Notes under the pieces: model-generated
What the model was told of the DNA's origin: nothing
Seen by the model: only the letters and a program-made list of their open reading frames with translations
Database searches by the model: none
DNA from: Bugula neritina
Taxonomy: Eukaryota; Animalia; Bryozoa
Reading direction: 5' to 3'
Assembly (NCBI GenBank): GCA_964035545.1
Contig: OZ037766.1
Coordinates: 1,488,001 to 1,552,000 of the forward strand
DNA: 64,000 nucleotides
Translations under genes and position numbers: made by a program
Shown: positions 33,870-46,957 of the stretch, piece by piece
How positions within the stretch are numbered: position 1 is the first letter of the stretch
Layout of the letters: every line of letters starts with the position of its first letter

Positions 33870-34490
33870 AGTTATCAATATCAATATGAATATGAAATTG
33901 AATACCAAAAACATAATAATAATCAAAGTCAAACGATCATGATGTTATTCATACTGTCATCCAATTTCACATTGGCATTGTCTAATAATTGTTATACTAA
34001 TAGTAATACTGATAGTGATACTCATTCACATTGTCATTGTGATCACTGATCAGTGATACTGATAGTGATAGTGATTGTATTGCACTATTTCAATTTGTTG
34101 CTAATTTCTAATATAAGTTTCTGTAGTGACTCATTCAGTCATTGTGATTGTAAATGTTTATGTTGGTAAACAACTTAAAATTGATGAAAAACATCGAATA
34201 TCACTATCAGTATCACTATGCAAATCACAAACCTGAGCAATAAATGAATAATAATTACAATTAGTACTACTCTAGTAATTATTACTATGAGTATCTGTAT
34301 GAGTATTTGTATGACTATTAGTATTACTATTAGTATTAGTATGCATATGGCAATTATGATCACTATGAGTATGATTAAGTTCAATATCAACATGATGTAA
34401 CATTGCCCATTGGTGTATAGATTATTTAATTTTATGTAAAAATTCTCATTCTTTCAGTTACTGTGAGTGTGACTATCACATTCACATTGG
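33870..34490. other. Cryptic 6-bp-periodic tract C (5' region of the death-domain gene)
   Basis: e.g. ACTAAT AGTAAT ACTGAT AGTGAT ACTCAT; ACTATG AGTATC TGTATG AGTATT. Confidence 0.85.
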
Positions 34491-35139
34491 CGAGATTGGC
34501 CAAGTCCTGTGTGAATGACCATGCCCCTTGATCATTGGTGATGGTTAATTTTCACTGCTCTATAACTTTTGCCTCTTGGATTTGGTTTTTACTTTTAGCA
34601 ACAATAAATTTTAATAAATAATTTCGTGCAGTTTTTAACAAAAAAATTAAGTCTAAAAGTAAAACTAAAAGCAACTTGTTAGTCTCAGACTTATATAAAC
34701 TGTTCCTATTTTAGAATTTATTTGTTTGATATGCCTATCTTTTTGTTGAGTAGATGCAATGATTCAGAAGTTTTCTCAAATGTTTGCTTGAAAAACTAAT
34801 GTTGGCAGGAAACAATAGTCTTTTGGATTGCATCATAACAAGCAAAGCTAGTACGTGGAAAGGACCAAACAAATGCTAGTCTAAAGGTTTTTTTGCTCTG
34901 TTCATAACATTTTTAGGTAACATTTAGTATTTAACTACGTTTATATAAACTTCATCTTGTTGTTGGTAAAATGACTGGCCACTTCGAGGAAATCATTCTT
35001 AGACAATGTTCCTTAAAAGTAGCTAGGGTATAGTAAACTAAGCTGCACAGTTACTGGTTGTGTAGAAAGAGAAACTGTGAGCTTAGTTTATTTACACTGA
35101 GTCTTTTTTACAGCCAGGAAGTTGCTTTAACCAATCAGA

Positions 35140-38100
35140 ATGAATTACAGTGACTCAGACTCCGACTTGTCTCTCAATGAATCTGACCTTGAAATCGAAC
35201 TCGACACGCCATTACACAGCAAAAGTCAGTATTACAATGTATATGCTGACACAGATATAATGTCTGATTCATGATTTATGGTTTTAACTTTTCAATTGGT
35301 TTATTTTTAAAAATTTCAAATAAGACTTAATTCTTATAAATCCAAAATTTCTTTTAAAAAATTTGAAGAAATAAAACAAGCTTAAAGGTGCTACCTAGAA
35401 TTTTTTAGCTCAATTTCATGTAGTGTTTATATATCTTGAACTTTGATTAATATTTTCTGATGAAAATTAATTCAATAAATAAAAATTTAAAACTCTGAAA
35501 ACTCCAGTATGTAGAATCAGGTGTGTTTAAACAGGTCCAGTCGCCCAGCCTGTTCGAGAGTCACTCGTCAATGGAGACCTCCCCAATAGTCTGCACTGTA
35601 ATTCTTCACTTCCTGTTGGGCGTGGAGTTCATCCCGAGTCACATGATATGGCTAGTCCGCGGCAGCCTGCAGAACCGCAAGTTTTATATAAAAATCATTG
35701 TGATGGATGTTTCATTTTCATATGTTGGTTAACATTTGAAACTAGCTGGTTCTATTTGAACTGATGTTTACTTATGAATTTGACTATAAGAGTTTGACTA
35801 TACTACGAGTTTGACTGTGCTTTTAGTTTGACTCTAGTGTGAGTTTACTCAACGTTTTCTTTAAATTTAATTTTGCAAATCAACCCAGCGAATGGTTTCA
35901 AAGCTTTCACTGAGTTACCATTTTCACTATTATTTATACAGATATTATGTTTTGAGAATCGTTTAATACTCATATGTTTTATTTACGCTTTTTAATTTAA
36001 TTCTCAGTATTTTACTTAGTATGGTGACACGATTTATTCAATCATGCAGGGTGTAGCTAGTGATTTGTTGCTCTAGTGCGGTGTCCTGGTTTTATATTTA
36101 GGTTGGGACGTCTGTGGGCTGCCCATCTTGTACTACCTGCATAGTTACTTCAGTATACATTGCTATTTCAAGAGTAGTTCCCATCTCTTTTGTTCAACCA
36201 TGAAATTAGCTGTAGAATACAACTATAGTAGTTCATTCTATTTTAAATGTTTTTTTTTTATAAAAGTAGCTGTTTTCAGTTGCTAACTATGAAATACAAA
36301 CCTCTAGACTAAAGAATTCACAAAAGTAATGCTAGTCATTGCAGTTTCTAAATCTGGTAACTTTAGTATTAACTCTTAAGCTGTGCGCCTCATAATAATG
36401 AGCATTTTTGGAGTTGCCTACTTTCTATGAAACCTAAAAGAATACTTGAGCGCTGTGCCCTGCCTATTACTCCAGCATGTGATCCCCAAATAAATAATAG
36501 CTCAACTCTGGTTATATTTTCAACTCAGAGAAATCCTGCAACAAGCAGGAAAAATAACTGCATTTCTAACGAATGATTGTTTTCAGGAAAAAAGTTTACC
36601 GTGATTTAAAAATTTAGAAAAGTGAATTTATACCTCCACAAGTTGTTTTAAAAAGTCTGGCCATGCAGACAGCACATTATAGTAAAGGTCTAAGTTCACA
36701 TCCTGTCCAGTATTGAGTGCAGGAAATTCACAATATATACTAAATTACAGTCACGTGACAGATATTGGTTAGAGCTTTGTTTACAGTAATGTACGTCAGT
36801 TGCCTCTGCAGACAGCAAAAAATCACTTGATGCTGGGTGAATAATTTTTAATCAAGTTTTGGTTCATAAGCAGTGTCACACTCAGTTGTGTCACAACTAA
36901 AAGCTAACTATGACTAACTACTACGACTTTTGTTAGAGTGTCATAACCTTGAATAAAAACAGACAGTCTACCAAATAATAAATTTTGTGTTGAGCTGTCT
37001 TCTAGCGTTTCCAGTCACTTTTATGCACACTGGTCATTATTCCTTGAGTATGTTTTACCAAGTTTCCAGTCATTTTAGTTACTCTGAATAGTTTGAATAT
37101 GAAGTCAATTCGTGATTGAATAAAAACTATAGATTGTCAAAGTTTAAGAAAAGCTTATATATTAGTTGCCATGAAATGTTGTACAAGGAATGTTAAAGTC
37201 GGGTCTCTTTGCACCTATAAACCTGTTCTAATCCTCCCTACAATTTACGACGTTACTACAACAAACCTAAGTTGACTGCCACAGCCACCTACTTGACTTA
37301 CATCAAGTACTTCCCAGTCTAACTTACACTTGTGACTTACCTTTTAGTCATATTGTTCAATAACGCCTTTCCAATCTTGCAGGGAGTCTGGCGAAGTCCA
37401 ACTGACAAATGACCCAGCTGAAGTATGTTCACTGTAAGTATCTTTGCAAATTTCTTCTCATCAAAAATTCCAAAATCTGTAAAAATGTATCCTTCATTAC
37501 TAAGAGGGGAATAATTTTGGGAATTCCCACTGTCAAATTTCCCAGGAAAAACTTTTTCATTCCTAGTATATAAAGCACGCATTACGTTGAGGCACTCATT
37601 TCATTAATCATTGTGAACGTATGTGCCTGTAATACTCAATGACAGGTCTCTTGCTGGCTTATGCTGTAAACTATACAGTGATGTGAGTATACTACTACTA
37701 CTTGAGACTTGGTAGATATTTATATTGTATTCCTCAGTGTTTCTAGTCAGTGTAGGAGATTTGTAATGATATTTAGATTGTTATATTTTACTTTGTTTTC
37801 AATGTTGCTAAGTTGTGTTGCATAAAGTCTCATGTTGTTTTCAATCATTTAAATTGTGTCGTTTATTTTTAGGGGAAGTAATTTGGAAAAAGACTTTCTC
37901 CGTAAGTTTTCTATTTTGAAGGATCTTTAATCTGCAAGTAGCTGAGACTTTTACTTTTAGTAATTGAATTGAAAATCCATCAATGTTTTACATGTGTTGA
38001 CTACATTACTTGTTCAACTAAATGCGGTGGCTTCAATTTTGGATTTTAATTTAGCTATTTTCTGATAATGAACAAGTGGTAAAGTACAATGGTTCAAGGA

Positions 38101-41100
38101 TCAACCAATCAAAGATGTTAATAAATTACAAACTCATATTTTACTGACTGGAGTGTGAAATGGCAGTTTTATAGGTTTAATGCTGCCAGTACTCTACAAC
38201 TGCTGCCCTTTCTTTTAAACGTGAAAGTTCTCTAATTCACACAGATTCCCTTCCCTGTCCTTGAAACTGTTATTCTGTAAATTACTCTGAATCATCTAGG
38301 ATGTTTACTAAACCCATTCAAAGCCACTCTCTTGTTGCACCACACTGGCCTATGTTATGTGCTAGTGCCTAGGTAGATAGTGGTAGTGTTCCAGTACTAG
38401 AGTTATCACAGCCTGTGAAGACATGGTTTTATAATATATCAGCAGACCTAAGACTAAGCCGTGCTGTTCTTGTTTCTATAGCTTCTACATTACACAGCGT
38501 CTTGATAGCAAGTTACCCTTAGGCGAGTTGAGGAAATGAACCTGATTGGAAAAAGTCAAAAGGGGAATTCCCTACTTAGCAATTCTTGTTAAGTAAATAT
38601 TGTTGACTGGTGTATTGTTTACTTGTTTGCTTGTAAGCAGCCAACTTCTCATGGTGCCATGCGGTTCTCTCATTCTATTGGTCAATGTGTTTATTTATGT
38701 CTCCACCGTGTTGATAGAAGCTCGGTACAAACGCACTTAATGTGCACTAAGCATTCGACCAGCCAATCGTATTCAGTTTCTCCCGCTTTCACCGCACATA
38801 TTTCTCTGCACCTTGTAGCTCCCCCACCGTATGATTCCGTAAAGTCTGAGTCGAGGCCTGTACCACCTCAAAGCACACCCACCCTCACTACAAACTCTGC
38901 TGAAGCTCAAAGACCACAGGCTGCGGTGACTGGGCATGCTCAGAGGAGGTCTGCTAACAGAAACTCTCAGACTAGACGTAGAGGAGAGGGCCGAGTCGCT
39001 GGGGTTACTGCGGCCACGCAGACCTCAGTAGGTCAGGGGGCGGAGTCACCCTGCCCTGTCTCGGGCGAGAGCTGGGTCAAACGTCCAGCAGACAGACTTT
39101 GTGTTAATCTGCCTTCTGGAGAGCCTGCCGGTGTGAAGGTCAAGGACAAACAGCCTCCTTCTGAGAAGACAGACAGACGGAGCAACCGACACCGCTCAAG
39201 TACCTCAAGTAACAGCTCAAGTAGCTCAAGTAAAGGCTCAAGTAGTTCAAGTACATCTAGTCTAAACTCGAATCAACCCAATGCTCTCCTGTCTGCCAGC
39301 TCAACCAACGGCTCTAGATCTCCCAACTTAGGGGTGAGTCACACTGAATCTACTATTTCCTCTCTCTGTCAACTGGATTCATTTGCCACTCCATGGATTT
39401 TACATCCAAACCTCATGTTTCTCTCACCATCATCTTAGAGTAACAGGAAACTTGTAATCTAGTTGCTGATTGGCTGACAGTCTGTTTTTGTAAATGTAAG
39501 AGTTGTGACACTCTTCTCAATAATATTGTATTTCCTTAGAGCTCAATGCATTTCCCTAACAGCAATATCTCTGTTAGCTGACGGTGTATAATGTAGAGAT
39601 TGTAGATGTTAGTGTAGAATATGTAGATTGTAGATGTTAGTGTAGAATATATAGATTGTAGATGTTAGTGTAGAATATATAGATTGTAGATGTTAGTGTA
39701 GAATATATAGATTGTAGATGTTAGTGTAGAATATATAGATTGTAGATGTTAGTGTAGAATATATAGATTGTAGATGTTAGTGTAGAATATATAGATTGCA
39801 GATGTTAGTGTAGAATATATAGATTGTAGATGTTAGTGTAGAATATATAGATTGCAGATGTTAGTGTAGAATATATAGATTGTAGATGTTAGTGTAGAAT
39901 ATAGAGATCATAGTTGGCCTGATTGTGCACACTCGTATCTGATTGTAGAGTGAATTCAGTGGCCGAGTGAACAGCGAAGGAAGTGTGGAATATAATGTTA
40001 ACCTTGACCCCAAGAGATCCTCGACACATACCTCCACGGGACTAGGTTAGTGTTTACTGACTACAGTGTCTATGCAGTTAACCTACAGCAAGTTATAGGA
40101 GTTGTCATCTCGTAACGCTGTTAGACTAGAGCAAATAAAGGAAGTTTTGGTGGTAGATTTACCTTTGCATGACCTCACATTTCAAATTAAATATTGTTTG
40201 ACATGGAGTAAAGTAATTTATACTACAAAGTAGATATCATCGTGCATGCTATATATGTATTATGTATCAACTGTATCCAATATTTCCTCTTCCTCGTGTC
40301 TACCAGCATTTGATGAGTCATCGCATTGTTATACTTAGGAGTTGCATTCTCACCCTGGGTATATCCAAGCTACGAGTTCCTATTATATAGTGGCTGCTCT
40401 AACTGCAGTATATCAGTATATTGGTATATATATATATTAGTATATTGGTATATATATCAGTATATTGGTATATATATATATATCAGTATATTGGTATATA
40501 TATATTAGTATATTGGTATATATATTAGTATATTGGTATATATATCAGTATATTGGTATATATATTAGTATATTGGTATATATATTAGTATATTGGTATA
40601 TATATTAGTATATTGGTATATATATTAGTATATTGGTATATATATTAGTATATTGGTATATATATATATTAGTATATTGGTATATATATATTAGTATATT
40701 AGTATATATATTAGTATATTGGTATATATATCAGTATATTGGTATATATATTAGTATATTGGTATATATATCAGTATATTGGTATATATATTAGTATATT
40801 GGTATACCCATGTATGTGTATATATAATACATGCCGCAGTATGTTGGTATATATAATATTGATTGGAGTGGCTGATCATAGTAGTGGAACTAATTTGTTT
40901 ACCGACTCTAGATTCACTTCCTCCCAACACTTGACTTCTCTGTTCACCATAGCCTCAGTTCTAGACACTTGTTTTGAGGGACGGCTCTCGCTTGTTTCCT
41001 ACTTTTATCTGTAATAGTAAACTTACTCCATACTATTAGTAGATAGATAGTATTATATGAATTTATACAATATTTTAGAGCTATCTAGGTTAATTATAAT

Positions 41101-42033
41101 AGATTAAACTCAAATATGAATATATGATATTATAAGCTTTCTAGAATTTAGATTATTGCTCAAGTCATTTGTTAGCTCAAGTCATTGGTTAGTTTAGGTC
41201 GTTTTGTCAAGTGGTTCCACTTAAATCATGTCACACGTATTTTTCTCAATTTCTTTTATTAATGTGTTTTATAACTTCTCTTTTTATTTCTCCGAACCTC
41301 CGCCTTGCACTAAGATGGTTTCTCTGAATAAACATGGCCAACAGTTCAATTGTGTTTCTGGCTAATGATGTTTTGACTATAATATTTCAGGTGGAAACAG
41401 AGTAATAATAAACAATAACATAAACATTGGCCAAGGTCAAGTGCCGGTCATTCACACTCACAGGAAGTCCTCTTCCAAGCACAGCAAAATCCAAATACCT
41501 GCCAAAGGTGAGTTATCCTCCCTCTAGCAGCTCATCTCCGCTCTTTATTATTCAATCAATCTTTTGGTCATGAAAAGAACGTTATTTTGGATGTTTTTGA
41601 TTCTTTTAATAATGTTGAAATCATATGAGATTGTTCAATTTTCTTTTCTATTCAACTCTCAGAAAATGCATTAGGTTCTGGATTAGTTGATTATGAGACT
41701 GGTGTTGGGAAATAGCTGGGATATGTTGTAGATTCTAAGAGACGCATCACCATAGAAGACATTGAAATACTGAGTCGTCTGCTGGGTGACTCGTGGATGA
41801 GGGTGGGACGATCTATCGGCGTTGAGAAAGGTGAACTCGAAAATATTAGATACCAGTTTGAGCGGGAGAGAGACCAAAGGGAAATGACACGACAGATGCT
41901 GAATAAATGGAAGGCTATATATGGCCGCAATGCTACTATAAACTATATAATCAGCGCTCTTACAGACGAGCATTTCAGACTTTACGAGGTCGCGGCAAAA
42001 CTGCCTTGTGATAGGCAGTCTCACGCGAGTTAA
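35140..42033 (+). CDS. Kinase-less death-domain adaptor with RHIM-like motif (IMD/RIPK1-like), ~428 aa; exons 35140-35224, 35535-35676, 37873-37901, 38819-39333, 39949-40045, 41391-41507, 41732-42033
   Basis: Exon lengths sum to 1287 nt with matching phases (one junction needs a GC donor at 35677). The last exon is a death-fold (EDIEILSRLLGDSWMRVGRSIGV...LENIRYQF...EMTRQMLNKWKAIYGRNATINYIISAL); the penultimate exon has RVIINNNINIGQG. Confidence 0.75.
39597..39905. repeat. 29-bp minisatellite (~10 copies)
   Basis: Unit GATTGTAGATGTTAGTGTAGAATATATA; its GATTGTAG matches the acceptor used at 39941-39948. Confidence 0.93.
40408..40805. repeat. ~20-bp AT-rich minisatellite (AGTATATTGGTATATATATT)
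   Basis: Tandem array within an intron. Confidence 0.92.
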
Positions 42034-42049
42034 TGTAACTGTGACTCAA

Positions 42050-42400
42050 CTGTGTCATATGGTCAGTTGTATAGCTGACACCTTGTCATATGATCAGTTG
42101 TATAGCTGACACCTTGTGCTATGGTCAGTTGTATAGCTGACACCTTCTGCTATGGTTAGTTGTATAGCTGACACCTTGTGCTATGGTTAGTTGTATAGCT
42201 GACACTTTGTTATATGGTTAGTTGTATAGCTGACACTGTCATATGGTCAGTTGTATAGCTGACACCTTGTCATATGGTTAGTTGTATAGCTGACACCTTG
42301 TGCTATGGTTAGTTGTATAGCTGATACCTTGTGCTATGCTCAGTTGTATACCTGATACCTTGTGCTATGGTCAGTTGTGTAGTTGATACCTTGTGTTTAG
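42050..42400. repeat. 31-bp minisatellite (~11 copies) just after the stop codon
   Basis: Unit TATGGTCAGTTGTATAGCTGACACCTTGTGC with an internal inverted repeat TCAG[T]T..AGCTGA. Confidence 0.93.
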
Positions 42401-42706
42401 CTGACATATTTCAAGTTACTCTCAAATGTATAGATAATATATAATACTACTGCCAACTGTGTGCACACATGAATTATAAACACTTATTTTGTTGGCAATG
42501 TCATTTTAATCACAATTCTATGAGTTGTCATGTCTTTTATTTTCTATCAAACTTTTATTTTTAAGTTTTTGTTAAAAGCAGCAAATAGCTTTTTAAATAT
42601 ATTTGTGCCCTTCTATACATTACTTTTTTAATAAAATAAACTTGAAACCATTAAAAACATTCATCTTTAAATTAAAAGCATTTAAATAAGTTGTAATTGC
42701 CTAGAG

Positions 42707-43689
42707 CAGTGGTTCCCAATCTTTTTCATACCATTCTCCTGTTCATAAACCCATAAAGCCCACTATTAATTTTACCTCTATCAAAAGTGAAATTTATATG
42801 ACTGACATAATGTATAATACAAGTATATATTTGTTTATTATATAAGATTGTAATAATTATAGTATGCATGTATAAAACATGAAGCAGTTCGATTGTTAAT
42901 GTTATGGTTGCAGCTGAGGATTTTTTCCCAACTTGCTTAAATCTGACTCTGTTTTTGACCAGCACTTTACAGGTCACTTTACAGGTTAAGGCAGTTTCTC
43001 TTCTTCATATTAGTTGCAATCCTACTGATATGACATTACAATTTTTAGTGCTTTGATTTGGGTGTGTGGGTAGAGTTTGTAGAAACACTGAATTCATTAA
43101 ATTATCCTTCACTGTTAACCATCTTAATGTCAAATCTTCAGTAACAATTTTTTTGAAAGTAGCTCTGGAAAATACCAATAAAAATATGTTAGGAGATCCA
43201 CAGAAGTGTTTTTTGAAAGAGAATCTGGAACAGGTTCTTTTCCTAATAATTTAATGAGTGCAAGGAAATTGTTGATATAGACTTGTGTCTGTCACAACTT
43301 CAGTTTAGCTTTGAAAGCATTGATAACGCTATGAAAAGCAATGATGTGATGACTACACTCACGCAGCAAATATATTTGCTAGGTATGCAGTATATATTTC
43401 ATAGAAATGAACTTGCATTGCTACTGCAAGTTCCTGTTCTTTATCTCCATTCCCAGTAGCACAGGTAGCAGTCTGGTAGAAGGATTCTCAGACACATGCA
43501 TGTAGAAGTGTATAGGCTTATATTACAAAGTGTAGTGTGGATAAATAAATGAATTAAGATAGAAGCATTGTATATATAACGCATGCACTGTAACTATTGG
43601 GAAAAAGAAAAAGCTCAAAAAGAAAAACCCCTTAAAAAGGCCAAATTCCCCTTAAGAAGGGGGATTCCCTTCCACGTTGGGAACCACTG
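42707..43689. mobile_element. Non-autonomous hAT (Charlie/Buster-like) element, 983 bp
   Basis: TIRs CAGTGGTTCCCAA ... TTGGGAACCACTG; perfect 8-bp TSD GCCTAGAG at 42699-42706 and 43690-43697 with central TA; no intact transposase ORF. Confidence 0.93.
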
Positions 43690-46600
43690 GCCTAGAGAAA
43701 TAAACATGAGCTCAGAGAGTGACTGCAGCTTTACTTACTTAGGATTTACTAGTTGAAGATATTTACAAATTTGTAAGGATCATTTTCTCATAAAACATCC
43801 TCAAACCAAAAATTCAATCATTCACTGATTTTAAGTCTGCTGACAAAAAATTTGTTCTTGGAGAAATCATTTGGATACCAGGTGTTTTCAGCAAAATATT
43901 CTATAAATTTCTTTTAAATATTGAGATGGCATCTTTGTTGGCAGTGGTCATGGAATCAGCTTTCATAATAGTACGGGAGTTCCCTATATACCCTTTCCAA
44001 CTAAAGAGTGTAGTTGATATGTTCTAATAATTTGTAGCAAATGATGCAGCCTAAGCTCACAATATTACATACTTGCATCAATTTAAACTGTATAAAGATA
44101 GAATTCATCAATTACAATATTCAACTATTATTACAATTAGAGTTGTATAGTGGATAAAGCAGGCAAGCCCTATATTGTAAAAGTCCAAACCCTATAAATT
44201 GTAGCATAAGTTATGTTGATATACTTCTTTTATAACATATACCTGAAACTATGCAACCATGTACAATAATTTTCATAGCCTTAAACTCATAAAAATTTAC
44301 ACCTGTGCTAACTTGTATTGCAGTCGCTCTTCCCCCCCCCCCCCTTAAAGTATATTTGAATTTCTTTGTGAGAATCAGCTATAGGCCTAGTTGTATTACA
44401 CTTTCTATGAGCAGTCAGTCTCCTTTTATAACTATTCACAAACAATTCCTTTCTCAATTACTACACTCATTGTCTGAAATATTCTATATACTATAGCTTT
44501 CTACAGTCTAATTTATTGCTAATCTATTACATACTTATCATGTATTCAAAGACGTAGGAGATAATAATCATCATGCATTTACACGCAACTTCACAAGTCT
44601 GTCATTTTATGCCTGCAAAGGAAATAAGCCGAAATCAGATATGAAGTGAAGCTTTTAATTTGTTTTTCCATAAACAATTATGACAATACCCTATTGATAT
44701 AATAATGAAGTAAAGTAGTAGAATTTAATAAAGCAGATGTTTGCCCGCAACAAGCAACAGGCCATTGAAGATGCCTCAAAATCCATCATAAATTAAATTC
44801 TAACCAATAATTAGATGCTCAGCTTTTAATGAAATCAATAATTAATTTGAGTAGTGCATATATTACTGCATAGATTATGTAATGTATTACCAAACTGTAT
44901 AGACAAAGTAAATCTGGTGTATAAACAACGTATAGATTGATAACATAATTGTAATGCATAAAGCAGTATTTTGAGTATATCACTGATCAAAACAATTTGA
45001 AAATAATAACTCTATCATACTATAATAACAAATATGAAAGTAGACGCTTTGTGACAACGGTTAAAGTAATTTCAGCTAAAAATATACTAACACTATATAC
45101 TTACCCATAATGCATTTATTTAATTTCAGCTTGTACTTGCTAATAGGTTGTTATAGTGATTTTATGTTGAACTATAAGTGCAACTATTTTATCAATCAAG
45201 GTAAAAGATTTCAATCTGAACTTTACAAAGCTGCTAATTGTCTTTTCTTTGAATTCGGTAGCCTAATAATTAAATGGATATAATATATATAAGCTGATGA
45301 AGTTTTGCCATCTGCAATATTTTGCTCTGGTATTGTTGTTACCACCACTTAGTTAGGTATTAGGTGAGATGGTGGGGGAAATTCAGCACTGGGAAAAAGT
45401 TGATATAGCCTGTGCTATAAACTAATATTGGTGACATGTTTTTGTTGTGGTTCAGACTTTAGAGGCTCTATTACAAATCAGTTGCCATGGTTTTGAATTC
45501 CAACATAATTATGTCAATGCTACCTTTTCCATTTATTCACCTAATAACCTGTATAGCGTTTAGTTGATTGTTCTACACACACCACTGTATTGTCTAATAA
45601 TATACACAGCATTTCAATTTCAAGGAGTGAAAAGTGATGCTTGGAGGTGGAAATAATTTATTCTTTTTCTTAAACACAGTTGTTGAGCAAAATATGGTTT
45701 TAGTAGAAGAAGTTGTTTTAAGAAAGCTTTCAATGCTTTCATCAATTCTCTTTCAAATACATTGAATGTATACAATAATAATGAGCTTCCGCTTACATAA
45801 TTATTGGAAGTAACTATTAATAAAGCATTAGTACTAAGTTATAAAGGAAGCAAGGAATTTTCACATATAAAAGCACATAATGTTGGAACTGGATAAAAAC
45901 AATACTTCAATTCTCCAGACGATTTTGCTATGATTTAGACTCCATACTTGTTATAAGAATTTATTTTGAAACTTTTCACTTCTAATAAGTACGGCATCTT
46001 TATCTAGCATTTGAAGCACAGCACAGTTTAGACTACCTAAAATCTAAACAGTTCCATATTTGGGCTGTTCTATCTTGTTCCATAGCAGGTCAATCATAAA
46101 AATATAGTAACTAAAACTAAAAGAAGGTAAGGTCAGCTAATTATGGGAATTACACATATTATTGTACTGATGACCTCACAAAAGATGATGAATCAATTCG
46201 TGTTAAACCCTTTTAGAAGTTAATCAAATAAAGGTGGTGATCAGACGTGATCTTACTTATTATATCTTATTACTTATTATTTCCCAACTGACTGCTGCAT
46301 AGGAAATTAAGCTACTAGAAGAACAACAGAACCATCATTATAGTAAAGCTAAAATAAAAGATGTAACATGCTAGTGGTACTTCTAACATCTGAGTATAAT
46401 CTTTCACTGCAGCAGTGAAACTACAATTTAATAATAATTATGAGTGGAGTAACTTTAGAGTACGGTTATATAATATCTCAATGTTGATTTATTATCATCT
46501 TTTTCATGGCATAAGACAATGAGAGTTCGTTTGGCAATAACCTTCATCTACTCGTTTCATTTTTTCTTCCCTTCATGCACTGCCATTTTACTTTGGTATT

Positions 46601-46744
46601 TCCCGTTTTCATTCTACTCTGATTTCTGCCCTCACCCTGCCTTTCCTGTGAGCATGCTCAGACCACTTCCTTCTAGAACATTCTCAGACTGAACATAATT
46701 TGTTGAGATTACTTCTTTTAAAAGCCAAACTAATTGCGTTCACT

Positions 46745-46957
46745 AACTCTCTTAGCCTTACTCTCTCTCTTAGCCTCTCTCTCTTAGCCTCACTCTCTCT
46801 TAGCCTTACTCTCTCTTAGCCTCACTCTCTCTTAGCCTCACTCTCTCTTAGCCTCACTCTCTCTTAGCCTCACTCTCTCTTAGCCTTACTCTCTCTTAGC
46901 CTCACTCTCTCTTAGCCTTACTCTCTCTCTCTTAGCCTCACTCTCTCTTAGCCTCAC
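46745..46957. repeat. 17-bp pyrimidine-rich minisatellite (CTCTCTCTTAGCCTCA x ~12)
   Basis: Tandem array seen directly. Confidence 0.9.

Noticed and set aside
42900-43500. Transposase remnant inside the hAT element
   Set aside because: I could not read any convincing hAT dimerisation or DDE motif in either orientation.
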